From positions 1 through 60,812 of the forward strand of contig JAEOUM010000177.1 in NCBI GenBank assembly GCA_016839275.1: a DNA stretch of 60,812 bases, written 5' to 3'. The notes beneath the pieces are model-generated. The model saw only the letters and a list, made by a program, of their open reading frames with translations. It searched no databases and was not told the DNA's origin. A program made the translations under genes and the position numbers. Below are positions 59,162-60,812 of the stretch, piece by piece; the first letter of the stretch is position 1, and each line of letters begins with the position of its first letter. This stretch comes from Candidatus Thorarchaeota archaeon. Its GTDB lineage: Archaea; Asgardarchaeota; Thorarchaeia; Thorarchaeales; Thorarchaeaceae.

Positions 59162-59541
59162 GACATTGTCATCTGCAATGACAAATATCAGGTCTATGAT
59201 AGAGGATGTAAGAACAAGTTTTGTATTTCATTCGTTTCTTCAGTAGTCTTACTATCGTTACCAGTTTCAGAAGTCATTCAAATCACTTACATTAATTTAA
59301 GGGATGCCTGCAGCGTAACTTCTCGAATTTTTCCAATACTATTCTGAACATATTCATCTGATCAGCGACCCTTCATAATGGACAACGAAGAAATTCTTTA
59401 TTAATATCAGGATATATAACGTTCATAATACCGTATTAGTTTAGATTGGATTTAATAATGTCATTTTAATTAATTAAAGTTCTATAAATTCCGAATAATT
59501 GACACAAATGGTATGACCCACTTATGCTAGCTTACAATCTT

Positions 59542-60045
59542 TTAGAAACCTGTTCGTTCTGCCATCAAATATGAAATAAAATTGACTAACCTATCACGTT
59601 GCTCCGTTTCAGTTGCTGAAAGTTCAAGAGTGGGAAGATTTGTCATTCTCTCAATCCTTGTTCTGTTTAGTCTTTCTTGCAAATCTTGTTTATTTGCGAT
59701 AATTGCGAACCTTGTCTTTGGAAACTGCTTTCTAAGAAATCTCATCGAATATGATATTTGGTTTATATCTTCGGCAGAACTGTCGGATACAATCAACACA
59801 TAACGAGAGAAGGCTTTACTTTCATCCAGAAAAGACGCGGAAAATACGGCAAGTCGTTCCGGTTCATAACTTGAAGTCTGAAGTTCCCAGATCGTATAAA
59901 TGATGTCATGTGTTTCAATTACAAATGTTGTACCTCGACTTTCTAATGTTTCATCAATAAGGTGCACGATCGAAGTCTTGCCTACTCCTGGTTGCCCAAT
60001 GAGTGCGATAGCAATGTGTTTTCTCTGGTTTGTCACAACTAGCAA
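59542..60045 (-). CDS. Divergent small GTPase (Ras/Arf/Roc-like fold)
   Basis: G1 GQPGVGKTS, G4 NKQD and G5 LSAT; G3 is replaced by WELQTS. Confidence 0.8.
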   Translation of the reverse strand: MLVVTNQRKHIAIALIGQPGVGKTSIVHLIDETLESRGTTFVIETHDIIYTIWELQTSSYEPERLAVFSASFLDESKAFSRYVLIVSDSSAEDINQISYSMRFLRKQFPKTRFAIIANKQDLQERLNRTRIERMTNLPTLELSATETEQRDRLVNFISYLMAERTGF

Positions 60046-60258
60046 GTCCTTAAACTATTTCATGGAACACCATCTTTTCTTCAAGACTTCGAACGACATG
60101 AGTCTTTTTGCAAGTCTAATGAATTAGAATGGTGTTCTCCTAGAAACTCTATAGAGGAATGTTGGTTTCTAAAACTATGATATAGATGCAATGTTTATTG
60201 ACAACAAATCTTAGTATTTGCTTTGGATGATTCATCCAATGCAAATCGAGTTCATTGA

Positions 60259-60812
60259 TTATTTGATATGAATGTGGTTGACGATATCTTTAACTCCAAA
60301 GGTATTTGATACCACATCAAGGGCGGCTTCATACTCTACTCGGTTTGAAACTACTCCTGAAACGGTAACCACTCCATTTTTTACTTGAATGTCTATGGCA
60401 TTCACATCAACAATAGGACTCCGACTAATTGCTTTCACGACATCATCCGCAATTACATCATCCACGACTGCTTTTGTAGGTACTACAGTTAGTGCGTTTT
60501 GAATGCCTACTACACCAGTCAGACCAGAGATTATTTGTTCAGCCTTGAATTTCTTCCAATATGCATCGACATGTCCATTCAATAATATCATACCATTCTT
60601 GACAGACACTTGTATGTCTGAGTCTTTAATGCTGTCATGCCATGCAAGTTGAGTTTCGATATTAGTTTTGATCTCTCTATCGAGAGGTATCTCTATTTCA
60701 GAGGAATGTTTTACTAATAATTGGTTGTCTACTTTCGTCACTCCAGATACTCTGTAGGCATCAAACAATGCTGCCTCTGATGCAGCATAATTTGGCACAG
60801 TTCCGCGTAGAG
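60259..60812 (-). CDS. Multi-BON-domain protein, 5' end truncated by the window
   Basis: Repeated BON units: LRGTVP..GVTKVDNQL, V.NG.I.L.GHV..GVVGIQNAL and VKNGVVTVSGVV..GVKDIVNHI. Confidence 0.88.
   Translation of the reverse strand, partial: LRGTVPNYAASEAALFDAYRVSGVTKVDNQLLVKHSSEIEIPLDREIKTNIETQLAWHDSIKDSDIQVSVKNGMILLNGHVDAYWKKFKAEQIISGLTGVVGIQNALTVVPTKAVVDDVIADDVVKAISRSPIVDVNAIDIQVKNGVVTVSGVVSNRVEYEAALDVVSNTFGVKDIVNHIHIK

Noticed and set aside
1-60812. CRISPR array, transposase, integrase or DGR
   Set aside because: I saw no regularly spaced direct repeats, DDE/Y1/tyrosine-recombinase motifs or reverse transcriptase by eye; weak repeats could have been missed.

Overview
This window is archaeal, and I infer an Asgard (Thorarchaeia-like) chromosome. 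The evidence is an archaeal-type 23S rRNA, geranylgeranyl reductase, AfpA and two F420-type LLM enzymes, a SufBC (SMS-type) pair, WD40 and small-GTPase genes, and GGAGGTGA-type ribosome-binding sites. It begins with the 5' part of a 23S rRNA gene that has no linked 16S, downstream of a bacterial-type RNase PH. Housekeeping and accessory genes follow: two orphan DNA amino-methyltransferases, a MIG-like T:G glycosylase, Nth, SerRS, SOR, a ferritin-like protein, transketolase, MFS/APC transporters, an arginine-deiminase operon headed by a P3A H+-ATPase, and a class II RNR with a LAGLIDADG intein. The most unusual signals lie below the ORF-track cutoff or in unassigned proteins. (i) A tandem pair of microproteins, one Asp/Trp-rich and acidic (27 aa) and one Lys/Ala/Pro-rich and histone-H1-like (31 aa), ends in a long hairpin. 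(ii) An operon of three micro-ORFs includes two paralogs sharing ST[ED]AITxAYxYR. (iii) A TnpB/Cas12f-like protein ends where the RuvC nuclease domain would start. (iv) A candidate 9-codon leader peptide precedes an MFS gene. (v) A SufC carries an internal 5-Cys insertion. I found no CRISPR array, tRNA or transposase. All protein family calls come from motif recognition by eye, not database searches.
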